A stretch of 63,057 nucleotides of DNA, filler included, from Folioceros fuciformis (Eukaryota): NCBI GenBank assembly GCA_049999805.1. It is 8 parts of 8 records of this genome, joined end to end, with 100 filler letters (N's around TTAATTAATTAA, not from the genome) between each part and the next. Parts side by side here need not be neighbours in the genome. Positions count along the whole stretch, not along the records: positions 1 to 15,957 come from JBNGIO010001159.1; positions 16,058 to 20,944 come from JBNGIO010001160.1; positions 21,045 to 26,476 come from JBNGIO010001161.1; 5 more parts are not named here. One strand, 5' to 3'. The notes under the pieces are model-generated. The model saw only the letters and a list, made by a program, of their open reading frames with translations. It had not been told where the DNA came from and did no database searches. The number at the start of each line of letters is the position of its first letter. Position 1 is the first letter of the stretch. A program made the translations under genes and the position numbers. Positions 13,301-25,842 of the stretch are shown piece after piece.

Positions 13301-14513
13301 TAGGTCATGCATGGGCAGGCGTTGTGGACCTAGTATAAGAAATGACACATGGCTGCTGCTTTTGGGGCCAGACAAAGTGGGAAAGCGGGAAGTTGCAAGG
13401 GGACTGGCAGAGCTTGTGTTTGGAGATGAGAAGAAGCTTGTTGTTCTAGGCTGTCACCCCTCCAAGTGGGGCTCGAATAGTGAGGGTCCCGATGAGAGTG
13501 GAATCTTGCACAGGGGCAAAACCTCGTTGGACAGGCTAGTAGATGCTGTGCGGCAGAGACCGTTTTCAGTGTTGCTCCTAGAAGACGTGGAACGAGCCGA
13601 CTCTCTTATGAGGAACAGTTTGGTAAGGGCCATGGAGAGGGGGAAGCTGGCCGATTCACATGGTCGAGACACAAGCGTTGGAAATGTTATAGTTGTCATG
13701 ACCGCAAATTTGGGATCGGAGTTTGTGATTGCCAATGACCTTGGGAGGATTTCACATTTTGATGAAGATAAGATTGGCAGAGGAACAGGGATGAAATTGT
13801 GTGTTGGCGAAACTGAATGTTGTGATCCTGTGCTGAAAGATGATGAAGGAGTAACCCTGATTGGTCAGAATCGAAGTGGTCACGTGTCAGGATCTTTAAT
13901 GTGTAAGGCAAAATTGTCACCAACCTTGTGTAAGAGAAAGGGCTTTGACAGCCAGACGGCTGCGTGGAGCACCTACAAGCGGTCCAAGACCCATGACGCA
14001 AGGCGACTTACAGCATTTGACCTGAATCTCTCGGCTGAGGAAAATGATATCGAAGTTTCAACGACAACTAGCTGGTCAAAAGATGGGCCGCACAGGCTGG
14101 AGCAACAGGTTATTGATAAAGTGCTTGGGTGTGCCCGTAGAGTCCTTTCTACCAATTTCTGCGCTGGAGTGGATGAAACTGTGATCTTTGCGCCCTTTGG
14201 GTTGCACAACTTCTTTGGTAGCGTGCTTGAGAAGTTGGAATGCATCTCATACAGGGTTGCTGATTTGGGGGCTTCGTTCGAGGTTGAAGTTGGTGTGCTG
14301 GAGCAGATGTTGGCGGCTAGCTGGCAAATGCCTGGTGGGGATGAGGCTTGCAGTTCGTGGATTGTACAAGTGCTGATCAAAAGCTTGGAAACATTGGTGT
14401 CTACACATGGTGATGTGTCTGGAAAGGCAGTAAAGCTTATACGTGGGGATTGTAGTCCATATGTGGACGCACGTCTCCTACCTAGTGCGATTGAGGTCAT
14501 ACACGATCTCTAA
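10395..14513 (+). CDS. SMXL: SMAX1/SMXL family ClpB-like repressor of KAI2/strigolactone-type signalling, ~1250 aa, 3 exons
   Basis: N-terminus MRAG...QHTLTPEAA...ARRRGHPQVQPLHVAA, CRALELCFNVALERLP, LSNALVAALRRAQAQQRRG, ISILDDPSVSRVMREAGF; second NTPase-like module GPDKVGK; RGKT at 13512-13523; EAR-like FDLNL at 14016-14030. Exons 10395-11704, 11949-12264, 12387-14513 with GT-AG ends and consistent phases. Confidence 0.95.
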
Positions 14514-15957
14514 GCATGGAGATGCTGATTGGCATAGAGAAACAGAACGCTCGTTTGTGCTAATCAGCTTATGATTATTTGGGCCCAAGTATATCGGGGA
14601 CAAGTCTTCGGGCTTCTGCGACCTTCTGATCCCTCTTTTCGCTTATCTGGTAGTGGATATGCCTTGCCCTGTGCGTCGTGTGCGTCTCTGGGTAGAAAGT
14701 GTGAGGCGGCTATTCCATTATTGAACCTGACCACCTATTTTTATGTGACAAAGGTCTGTTCCTGTGTATCGGAGGAGTGAGTGTTTAGCATTACTACCTT
14801 ACATGGCCTTTCATTTAATAGCAACCTCCGGTCTTGTATCATAGACTTTCGTTGTGTATATGTAAGTATTAGTGTTATAATTATGAGTTCATCTTTATAA
14901 AATTTAATTTAAATATAAAACAAGGTCATCATAAAATTGATGGGAACAGCTCATGTTCATGGAGATAACCCAAAAATTCCTTCTAAATGAGATAATCAAA
15001 GAACTTGGAATAAGGATTCTCAAATGAAGAGTAAAAAAAAAGATTCTCAAATGAAGAGTAAAAAAAAAAGAATATAAAAGGATATAAATCATAAAGGATG
15101 AGCAAAAAGTATAACTTACATGAATTGTGTGTAGAGAGGGTATAGAGAGGGTTATATAAAAAATTAAAAATTATGTATTGAGAGGGTCATGAAGGGTGAT
15201 GGAGATATATATGTGGTGCTAAAAAGCCCGGTGATGAACCCTTGTGCACATCATTATTTATATTTAGACTTATAGAATTCATGGTCTATTGTTCTTTTTA
15301 TTATTATTATTATTGATTTTTTCATATTCTCGAGCTTGAATAAGAGGCCTTGTAAACCATAGAGTTAGAGCCACTTTTGAAGCATGGTCTCAAAGCCAAA
15401 TAATGCTAACAGTTAGCTTTGTTAGAATGATTGCTAGAGTTGTGCACATCATCTAATACCTTTGTACACCTTTGTATTCATGTTCAATTTGTGAAGTGTT
15501 AATTGGTCTTAGCACTATTTTTATTTTGTGATATTGTGAGATTCCATAGTTCCTACTCACATAGCATTAATGCCTTGTAAATAGGGAAAGAGAGTATTCG
15601 CTGGGACTTATCTTCACATGTTTCTTGTTGGTCAAGGCCAAAGAATTAGCCGTGACCTACGAACTCCCTTTTGAGTTCTAAATGCTAAGATTGAGTTCCT
15701 GTGAGTCTCAGTCTTTTGGAGGTCTAGATGTTATTTCAATCTTGTGCACAAATTCTTATTTCAATCTTGTGCACAAATTCTTCAAATGTTAGACCAATCA
15801 TGAAAACCAATCCAACAACAAGTAATAAGTAGAATTTTTTGGATGGATGAATATCCTTGAATGAGAAGAAGAAGAAGAATTCAATTAGAATTCACTAAGG
15901 ACATATTTGCTATTTAACAAATTGTACTATCCAATACTATCTGAAAATAAAAGAAAA

Positions 15958-16057
15958 NNNNNNNNNNNNNNNNNNNNNNNNNNNNNNNNNNNNNNNNNNN
16001 NTTAATTAATTAANNNNNNNNNNNNNNNNNNNNNNNNNNNNNNNNNNNNNNNNNNNN
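15958..16057. other. Artificial contig linker
   Basis: 44 N + TTAATTAATTAA + 44 N, giving stops in all six frames. Confidence 0.97.
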
Positions 16058-17399
16058 CACGTGGACCGAAGGACTCCGAGCGAGTCTGCGGGCAATCCGA
16101 ACCTTAGCTTCTTTAGAATGATAAGGTTATTTATATGGATTTAAAACTAGTTGTGGTATGGCTCGGGTACGGCTCACGAAAGGAGAAGTGGACAATTGGA
16201 ACCTTCCTGCAACTATGGAATACATATATAAATATACTTTTCTTTGATGTATTATTTAGAAATATATTTCCATATCTATTATATATATCTCCTGTATAGT
16301 CTAACACCATCAAGGTCTACGCAAGGTGAACTTGATAAAGCTCACCGAGCATAAATGGGGATTGCTTTGTTTTCTCCAATTTTTCTCTCGCCTCATATGT
16401 AAAGCCACTTTCACAATCGGACAACTGGATATAGAGAGAGTGCCCATTACACTTGATGTCACTCACTTGCACACCCCTAGGTGAGCAATTGCAAGGTTTG
16501 ATTGGAGGTTTTGATCTCATCTCATGTTGCCTTGCAATTTGTGCCCTATAAATGACCTTAGGGTTTGCAATTGTAAAGTGTTGTTGCTAATTCTAGGTGT
16601 ACATTTTCTTGCATATGGCAATTCCAAATTGCCTGGCAAATGGCCTTGCACATTGTAGTTTCATAGTACAATTTCATGTTGTAGTTGAGGATTGCAATTG
16701 TAAGTTACCTGGCATATTGCGGTTACATATTGCTTTCTGGGTTGCATTCTATATTACATCTACTTTCTCCTATCTTTGCAATAGTGTGGGGTCTTCCTTT
16801 AAAACCTTGGGAGGGGGGTATGTGTTGTACCCTCATCTTGCCTTAGAGGGCTATGGAATAAGGACTACATGGTTCCATTCCTCCCCTGGGTATCTCTGTC
16901 AAGTGACCAGGCGAAAGTCTAGCAAAGAACACATAGTGATACTCAAGTATGTAGAATCATGTTGTAGCAAAGACTGAGGTACCCTGGCCGAGCTAAGAGA
17001 GAGGGCTGGTTGGGAGTATGAGAGTGCTTTAGAGGTCTCGTTGCCTTGTACGTTATCATGCAGTCAATTCATAGCAACAACTTCCACAAGTAGTCTTTAA
17101 GAAATTCAGCCTAGCCCAATTGTATGATTCTACAAGGGTTTGGTATGCACTTAATGTTCCAAAGGCAAGTAAGGGTTTAGTATGCACTCAATGTTCCAAA
17201 GGCAAGTTGTGATGTGATTTACTTGCAAGGTCACATCTCAACAAGTATTGGGCCGATCAAAGAATTCATGGAAGGCACCAACAAGACTTGGTTCTTAACA
17301 AAAACAATCTCATATCATCCACGTTGAAACCAAGGTACAGAAATCCGACACCTACAAAGTGGCCTATGCCTACCTTGACCTAATCTTGCACATCTCTAG

Positions 17400-19835
17400 C
17401 TCAATTGGCAACCTCCACTTCTGCAACACAATGTTTAATAATAGGGGCTCTAGTGGGAAGTATGTCCTTAATAGGCAATGAGTGAGCCTCTCTCATGACA
17501 CAGGAGTCACAAAAAGGACTAGAATCAGGAGTGAAAGTCAGAGTATCACAAACACTCCCATTGTTGGCTAGAGTGGAAAAACCCTAAAAATTCACGTATC
17601 CTAGGCAACAATGCCAAAGGTGCATGCTAGACTATGACTGAGCAACGTGTGTGGAGGGAATAGAAGTTAGCAAAGTATGAACATCCAATAGGTAGAGATC
17701 ATTATAAGACTAACTTGAGAACAACTATAGACTAGTGTTTGTGCTGGATATCTAGTAACCAATGTGGTTAAAACATATTTGTCAGGCATGCTCTTGGGAA
17801 AATTCAATAATAGACATCAAATTTTTTGTCATAGAGGGTACATAAAGTACTCCTTTGAGGTTTAAACTCCCTCCACTTGATAACCTAATAAGGACAAAGC
17901 CCTTGCCCTTGATGGACAAGCCAATATCATCTCCTAACACCAGAAACTGCATGTTGTTAATAGAAGGAACAAAAGATGAGAATCATGTTTATGAAGGCAA
18001 ATGTAGCTTGTTGCTCTAGAGTTAAGGAACCACCTATCTGCCTGAACAACAGCTAAATTGAGGCAAATAACAAGGATGGAAGGTGTCTTAGCTTTAGCTA
18101 CAACCACACTGGACTCTTGGGTGGCTCACTCCTACTTGGGCTCACCGCCCTTTTTCTTCCTACAATCCCTCTCGCAATGCCGTGGTATTTTAAACTAATT
18201 ATAGGTTAAAGCTTTCTTCTATGTGCCATGTTGGCTTGATGGAGATTGGTTGGGCATGCCTCATCCTTGGCCACATCCACAATGTGCACCTCTCCCTCTT
18301 GAAGCAAAAAGTACATGGTCGGAATTGTTGATTGAAGAGCCTTTATTCTTGTGAAAAGATCTTGAGCACTCCTTTGCTAGCGATGCTCCAAGTACTTCCT
18401 CCAAGATCACAGTAGGTTGTTGGCCGATATTTGTTGCTTGAACTACAATGCATATGGTGGCATTCTGTGAGCTCACCAACTACCTGTATGTGTTCAGCAA
18501 CAAGGTGAGAAGGCTAACCGTTGCCTAAACCTCTATTAAGATAGTACCACAATAAGAAAAATTAGCCCTTAAGGTCCTAAATTTGTGAATGTAGGCCTCA
18601 ACAGGCTCATTGTCTTCATTCTCATATTGAAAAAGTCACGATATGCTTGCACTATTGAGGCTGAGATTTCATATTCACATATAAGAGTTTAAAAACCTTC
18701 CACATAGTGTTTGAGGTTGCTGCACCTATGATGTGTGGCATCATGGTAATGATTAGGCCTTCAATCAATCTTGATCAAGACCTTCTTTTCCTACGCTGCC
18801 AAGCGAGAACATCCTTGGGAGGAGTTGTGGGGATGACTTCAATGCCATACACAATAGATATTAACTCATTTTCTTCAAAAATTTGCGTGAGTGTGGTGGC
18901 AAAACCTCGTGCACCTCGCCACCTTAGGAGGGGGAGGGCCTTGGGCTGCATGTAATGACCACACTTATCCCACTGTGGTTGAGATGATGGGTTTTGTTCC
19001 CATGAAGGAGCCGTTGAGTCCCTCTCTCTTTCTCTCTTCGATGAATGGAGGGTCTACCTTTCTTACTACCTCATATCCCAAGTATCCTGTCCACTTCCTA
19101 TCCTATCCTTTCCTCTTTGTCACAGCTAGTTAAAGAGATAGTTGGGTTAGCTTCCTTGCCAACCCACAGGTAGATCACAGACTGGCACCGCATCATATGC
19201 TTCTTATGGTCAGTCCTCACATCAGCAACCTAGAACAATATGCTAGATCTCGAAAACATTGCTCAAAGATGATGATTTATCACCTAGACAGACCTCCTAA
19301 ACACTTGTACAACTCACACACTGTTGTGACGGATTTGAGGCCTCCCCTCCAACTCTTATTGTGTGTAGAACGTACTATCTATCCAGCACTCCTTGGTGCT
19401 TTTCCTAATGACACTTCGACCTCTACTCATCCTACTGACTCCCCCCCACTAGGGCAAGAGCCTGCTAACTAGGCTAACCCCAAGAAAGATGAAGGGGGAA
19501 ACCAACTCCCCCTTGGATACATCCACCTCTTGACCGTACCAGACACCACATGACATGACTGGCACCGAACTCCTATCCAACAAGAAACAGCGGATAGGTC
19601 AAGAGAAAGCTGCAACCTTTGCAATCAAGGGCTGAGGATAAGCCCCTCAACCCTGGCCACCACACCACACTTCAAATCCCACCTAGTTATGTGCACATAC
19701 ACAATCGACACCACCACTTGTGCAAGAGCAAGTAGGGACAGACCAAAAAGCAAAGTGTGATATAACAAAACAATTCTACAAGTTCCCTCCACCTTATAGG
19801 AGGTTCCCTCTCTCCTACCTCACCTCTCTCTTACA
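17400..19835 (-). mobile_element. Highly degenerate Ty1/copia element (putative 5' LTR start, gag, protease, GAG-pre-integrase remnants)
   Basis: Minus-strand remnants: gag UBN2-like (MPHIIGAATSNTMWKVFKLLY; PVEAYIHKFRTL), protease WFLNSRATSYIC (~18030), VLYVPSMTKNLMS (~17830), WHCCLGYVN (~17600). Candidate LTR start TGTAAGAGAG at 19835. Boundaries approximate. Confidence 0.7.
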
Positions 19836-20701
19836 GGATAATTACTATTTTAATGAGTCAACCAGTGTACTATGACCAGTCACTAATTTAGGCTATCTTA
19901 GCATTTGACTTGCCGTCAGTATTAAAGAGTTAGTCATACCGCTAGTTGACCCTTTTACCATAAGGATCCTCAAATTATTAAACTATTCTAGGGTAGTGAA
20001 TACTAATTGATCTTCGTCGATCTTATGGGCGTTGCCCTTAAAGGTTGCTTCCTTGGTCTTTTCGTGTCGCTGACCCACAATCAGTATGACGTGTCCCCTG
20101 GCTACCCAAACCTATTACCTAGACAATCACTGCCCTTCCACCTGCAACCATCTCCAATAGGTCTCACAACAACTATCCCGACCATCTTGTTTGACAGTCC
20201 TTCAATTCCTCAGACTAATTAGTCAGTTCCAAAACTTAGTTCCAGTCAATAGATATATAAACCGATAGTTAGTTGGTGTGCTGACCTGAGGTAAGTTAGT
20301 TTCTAACTAGGGAAATACAACATCAACTTAGTGATGAGTGGCCTGGGTCGTCCTCCTGCTGAAATGAGATGGCAAAGAAGCAACCAACCCATTTGACCGG
20401 TAAGTTAATAAAACTGAAAATTACTAAAAATTGACCACCCCAAAAATTTCTAAGGGTGAGGTGGTAAGTCTCATGTATGAACAATGATGTGGCAAAAGGC
20501 TCCTAGGGTCAATGAGAGCAATAGGATGAGTAGGCAAAGTGATCGGAGGAAAGGGGTCAGCAGCCAAAGGTAGGCTAGAAAACGGTGAGGTAGGCTAGAA
20601 AACGGTATTTCTCACGGCAAAAGTGGGCTGTTGGAATCCCAAGGGTGCTAGGATAGTTCTTGCGCTGTCATGGCAGGTGAGGTAGGTGGGGAAAGGAAAG
20701 T

Positions 20702-20944
20702 TGAAATTCCCGGAATTAAATCTAGGAAAATAAGAGAGAATATGAAAAAAAGGGAAAGGGGAATAAAGAAAAGATAAAAGAGAAAATAAATACGGGACAC
20801 GAATATAGATACCTAAATACTAGTAAATTTAGCTATATTATGGTCCAGGTATATGTATGAGAATACATATAATAATATGTACGCATAGCCATATGTACAT
20901 GTATGCTATGCGTATAAAAAATAAATAAGGTCGAGGTGTGGGGT
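20702..20944. repeat. Other terminus of the dispersed LTR-like repeat
   Basis: Begins TGAAATTCCCGGAATTAAATC, resembles 28771-28920 (TGGAATTTATGGAATTAAATC...), is preceded by the purine run GGGGAAAGGAAAG and runs into the contig end. Confidence 0.55.
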
Positions 20945-21044
20945 NNNNNNNNNNNNNNNNNNNNNNNNNNNNNNNNNNNNNNNNNNNNTTAATTAATTAA
21001 NNNNNNNNNNNNNNNNNNNNNNNNNNNNNNNNNNNNNNNNNNNN
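20945..21044. other. Artificial contig linker
   Basis: 44 N + TTAATTAATTAA + 44 N. Confidence 0.97.
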
Positions 21045-22533
21045 GGATGTGCTGTTTGTAGTGTGCGATGCTGCGGTGTGTGTGCATGTGCATGTTGATG
21101 AGGAGGTTGCTTTGTGGCAGGCGATGCTGGAGAGCGAGGCCCGGGAGGAGGCGGAGCGGGAGAAGCTGCCGTACAAGTCGATTATCCAGCTGGATGAATT
21201 GCACAGTACGTATGAGGCTATGGTGAAGAGCGCGGAAGAAGCAGTGGTGGCCAGGTACGAGGCGCATGAGTATGCGAGCAGAGGCGCACGGAAGACTGTG
21301 GAGAAGTTGGAGGACGGGGACGCGCTCTTGCGGGACCTGCAGCAGGCGTTTGCGGAAAAGAAGACGGATTTGGACTTGAGTAAGAGAGGTTTGGAAGCCT
21401 TGCCCGAATCTTTTGGGAGGATTTACACTCTTGTTGTGCTCGATCTTTCCGGCAATGACCTTGAGGTAATTATGCCACCAACACCAATCTTGCCTCTTTT
21501 CGGCTGCTGCTGCTGCTGCGGCTGCGGTTGGATGGATGTTGGAACTAGCTTTGTTTCGCTCTCATCGCGTGCTTGCTTCCAGATGGTGCCGGACTCCATC
21601 TCGGGTCTCACGAACCTGTCGACGTTGAAGGTTCAGTCCAACCAGCTGAGAACTCTGCCTGATTCTATCGGTTTGTTGAAGATGCTCAAGGTTCTCGATG
21701 TGTCGAGCAATAAGCTTGCGTCTCTTCCTGAGAGCATTATTAGATGCAGGTACTGATGCTTGTCGGATTTCATTTGTTTCAGGTTGAACCACAGGTTCAT
21801 TTCTTTTGTTCCACCAGTGTTGTTGCACTCTGCTTCGTTATTGACACTCGGTGGCCGGTCGTTGCGCAGTGCTTTGGTTGAATTGTACGCCAACTTCAAT
21901 CAGATGATGTTTTTGCCTGCCAAGTTTGGGTACGATCTACAGAACTTGGAGAAGTTGTCCTTGCATTACAACAACCTGAGCGTGCTTCCCAATTCTCTCT
22001 GCGAACTGAAGGCCTTGAAGTTTCTCGACCTTCACTTCAACAAGCTGAGAGCCCTCCCACGAGCCATAGGGAATCTTGGCCACCTTGAGGTTCTCAATGT
22101 CAGTAGCAACTTTAGTGATCTTACGGAAATTCCTGATTCCATCGGAGACCTGGCGAATCTGGTGGACCTGGACCTCAGCTTCAACCAACTCAGAGAGTTG
22201 CCTGCTTCGTTGGGGAAGCTTGATAAGTTGCGCAAGCTGAAGTTGGATGAGAATCCGCTGATAGACCCTCCCATGGATGTGGTTAAAGATGGTCATGTGG
22301 CAGTTATGGAGCACTTGGTGATGAGGTGGAACAGTACAGTCATTGAAGCACGGGAAAGCGCTGTGACAGCCACCTGCAGGACGCCGGACGTCTCTGGCGT
22401 GGGCAGCAGATCGTGGGGGGTTGGCGATTGGGTTGGCAGCGTCGCCGGAAGTATCCAGGAATACGTTTTAGGCACGCAGAAGTCGTTTGGCCGCCATTCT
22501 CGACGGTCTGAGGACTACTTCGAGCAGTTGTGA
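21045..22533 (+). CDS. PIRL: Plant intracellular Ras-group-related LRR protein (PIRL family), 5' partial
   Basis: EAEREKLPYKSIIQLDELHSTYEAMVKSAEE helix followed by LxxLxLxxNxLxxLPxSIG repeats, including LVELYANFNQ, LDLHFNKL and LNVSSNFSDL. Exons <21045-21465, 21583-21749, 21870-22533 (GT-AG, phases consistent). Confidence 0.92.
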
Positions 22534-23212
22534 ATACATTGTAGTTCACTAACTTAACTCTGTTCAGATTGTCCAAAAACTGGTCTGGAAATTCTTCTGT
22601 TAAATAGAATCCTTCCTCCTTCGCCTGTTCCACCGTGCATGGCATTCCTCTTTCTAACCCTTGTCTAGTGGGCTTCGTGATACAGTCCGGGGCGTACAGG
22701 GAGGACGTGGAGGCCCCATGGTCCCGCTCCCGACGTGGAGATGAAATCTGCACATACTCAGAACTCAAGCTAGTCTTAGACAGTCGGGAAGTTCCTCTCC
22801 ACAAGCTTGTTTTGGAGTACATAGTCTAGGGCATAACGTGGATGACAACTCGACCACAAACGCGCCCGCCACACAAAATGGCGCGAGGAAAGTGCAGGGA
22901 TTCATCGAGGTGCGAGAGGTGTGTCTGCTTCCTTGATGCTTTCAAGGTTGTTTCTTAGGCGCTGCAGGGCACGCCTCTCCGCTCCTCTTCTCTCGTCTGC
23001 TCGCTGCCTATTTCCACCCCCCGTCAAGTGAGCAGCCACTCAGCCTTCCGCATGCCACTTGTCATCTTCCTCCACTCACTGCTTGTTGCATTCCGCAGGC
23101 GGGCCTCACTGCTCCACATCTTGGCCCAATTGTCCGGCACTCTCAGGGCAGCGTAGTGCAACACGAGTGAGTGCAGGCTCGCACCCGCTCCGGCCCCCCT
23201 CAAGTTGCCACC

Positions 23213-24112
23213 ATGACCAAAGTGCTGGACGATAACTACCTGGCCATCACCGCCATCGTCACTGTAGTGTACCAGCTGTCATTCTTCTTCGTAGCGGCCA
23301 CTTTCAAGTTCGACAAGGTGACAGACTTCGCCGGCTCCACCAACTTCATCGTCGTCGCCCTGCTCACAGCCATCCTCAAGGGCTCCTGGAACTTCCGACA
23401 GATTGTGCTCACGCTGTTCGTGGTGGTATGGGGCCTGCGCCTGGCTGGATTCCTGCTGATGCGGATTCTGGTGTGGGGGGAGGACAGGAGGTTCGACGAC
23501 ACCAGGAACAACATCGGAAAGTTCGCCGTGTTCTGGGTCATCCAGGCCGTGTGGGTGTGGACAGTCAGCTTGCCTGTGACTGTGCTGAACGCCAGCGACC
23601 GGAACCCGGCGTTGGAGGCTCGGGACATCGTGGGCTGGGTGATGTTTGGGGTCGGGGTGCTGATGGAGTTGGTGGCTGATCAGCAGAAGTTCTCGTACAA
23701 GCAGGACCCGACGAAGAAGGGCCACTGGTGCGACTCCGGGTTGTGGTACTTCACCAGGCACCCCAACTACTTCGGCGAGATTCTGCTGTGGTGGGGCATT
23801 TTCATTGCCGCCACTCCGGTCCTCAAGGGCGGGCAGTGGGGAGTCATCGCCGGCCCTATCTTCATCGTCCTTGTGCTGCTCTTCCTCAGTGGCATCCCTC
23901 CTTTGGAACGCTCTGCTGACAAGAAGTATGGTGGGAGTTCTGAGTACAGGGCATACAAGAACAGCACCAGCGTTCTCATTCCTTTCCCTCCTGCCATCTT
24001 CGGCCTCCTCCCTGCTTGGGTCAAGACCGTCTTCTTCTTGGAGTTCCCCTTCTACAGCAAAAAGATTCCACCTGGTGAGGAGCAGTTGCGATCTGAAGCT
24101 ACCCCTGTGTAA
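23213..24112 (+). CDS. DUF1295 / steroid 5-alpha-reductase-like membrane protein, 299 aa, single exon
   Basis: FKFDKVTDFAGSTNF, WGLRLAGFLLMRILVWGEDRRFD, QAVWVWTVSLP, ADQQKF, GLWYFTRHPNYFGEILLWWG, LFLSGIPPLE. Start context GCCACCATG at 23213; continuous ORF. Confidence 0.93.
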   Translation: MTKVLDDNYLAITAIVTVVYQLSFFFVAATFKFDKVTDFAGSTNFIVVALLTAILKGSWNFRQIVLTLFVVVWGLRLAGFLLMRILVWGEDRRFDDTRNNIGKFAVFWVIQAVWVWTVSLPVTVLNASDRNPALEARDIVGWVMFGVGVLMELVADQQKFSYKQDPTKKGHWCDSGLWYFTRHPNYFGEILLWWGIFIAATPVLKGGQWGVIAGPIFIVLVLLFLSGIPPLERSADKKYGGSSEYRAYKNSTSVLIPFPPAIFGLLPAWVKTVFFLEFPFYSKKIPPGEEQLRSEATPV

Positions 24113-24920
24113 TTAATTCATGTCCATTGCCATTGGCAGTCTTCGTGTACCATAAGAGTTGGTTGTATCCCAAGGCCTGGCCTTAGTCAAAGGGAGCTCT
24201 AGTCATTCAGCCCATATCCAAGGTGGGACTAGCAGCTGAGTTCCTTGTAAGTGAGGTTAGCTTGTGTGCACCAGTCGCTTACAGCGCTTCTGAAAATCTG
24301 TCACATTGTCTGTGCCGTAACATATGGATCTGGGTATTGCTCCCGCAGCTAGAGATTGAGTGGCCCAGCTTACGGCACAACAGGTTTCGGTCAGCAACAA
24401 CTTCTCCCACCTCGGTCGGATGGAGTTTCAAAGAAACATCGAGAGAGTCACATCGTTTTGAGGCACCAATGTGTAGAAATCTTCCCGCTTGTAGTACTCG
24501 GCTGTACCCTTGTTGATTTTATTTGGACAGTTTGTAGGTATGCGGCTGTACTTTTGTGTCCTCAACAAGGTTACCGTTATTTCCTTCCAACAGTTGATAG
24601 ATATTTGTGTCAGGTCACAGACAGCTCACTGTGAGCGATTGTGTTCATCATGTCCTGAGGAACAACGGGCCTAGAGACAAGTACTGAAGAAAAATCTGTA
24701 TCGGATGACAAGTACGAAGTAGCAGGCAAAATTCAAACTATTTACACCTTTGCTGCTAACACCTAAGCAGAACATTCAGCGCAAGCTTGATGTTTTGAAT
24801 AACAAGGAAAAATCCGGCCCTAAAGAATCAGTACCTAAGCTAGTGTCAAAAATGATGGTAACAGACTATGTCTATGCCACTCTATCTACTCACACAATCG
24901 CTAGGAGCTGGTGAATAAGC

Positions 24921-25842
24921 TCACGATGAAAACTTTGGGAAGTGAGCATGGAGCAAGTCATGGACGTCATCAACCTCCACTTGGCTTTCCAAGTCCTGCT
25001 CCTCCATTCCCTTCGTAAAGCTCACATTTACAGACTGGCGACAATTTTTCAAGCACTTACAGGGGACAGCTTCCACCCTAGGGTTTTCTGCCAGGGAATC
25101 CTGGAAGGCTGCCAGAAGAGTTAGCGAGCCGTTCTTCTTACAGGCGCCTCCCATGCAGACCTTCACTGTGCCCATGGGGTCAGGTGTGCGCTTGCCGGCT
25201 GCAGGCGAAACCCTCTCACGGTCCCGCACCGGCAATGCATTCACAGACACGTCCCTGGCCACTCTGGATCTTCCCCTGGAACTCCGCCTCTTCCTTTCCT
25301 CCTCACTGTCACTGGACTCCGAAGAAGAAGAGGAGGAGGAAGAAGAGCTCGAGGAAGCGTTTCGCCTCCGGCCCTTACAACCTCTCCTGCTCCCGGGGCT
25401 GAGGACGTCATCCTCTTCGTCCTGTACCAAGACGCACAATTAGGTCAGCCACCGCGTTGCCCTTTCCCAGGCTGACTACTCTCGTCCGCGCGACTATCTC
25501 TTTGTCAAGTGCAACCCTGGCCAAACAAACACTTACTTGACCCAAGGTGATGAACAGCTGCTGCTGCCTATGAACATGTGCGGTTGTGCTCCTTTCCTCC
25601 ACAGCCCCCACCCCACCGTAGAACAAAGCATGGCTGCGATCGACGAACACCGGCCTTGCCACAACCCGGTTCCGTCTCCGGGATTGCACTCGGAGGCCTC
25701 CAATGGCACACGGATCGCCGCCGACAAAGACGCTGTCGCAAGAGCCGAACGAAGACCTGCCACTGCTGCAATGCTCCACCTTGAGGCCCGAAAAAGAGCA
25801 CCCGGCAATCCCCCCCTGAACCGACCTTGCGACGGCCTCCAT
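24921..25842 (-). CDS. DGAT3: DGAT3-like soluble protein with a C-terminal thioredoxin-like [2Fe-2S] domain, ~268 aa, 2 exons
   Basis: C-terminal VCMGGACKKNG...PCKCLKNCRQSVNV cysteine pattern, poly-Ser SSSSESSDSE tract, transit-peptide-like N-terminus and FVDRSHALFY motif. Exons 25842-25537 and 25421-24921 (phase 0, GTAAGT...CAG). Confidence 0.8.
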
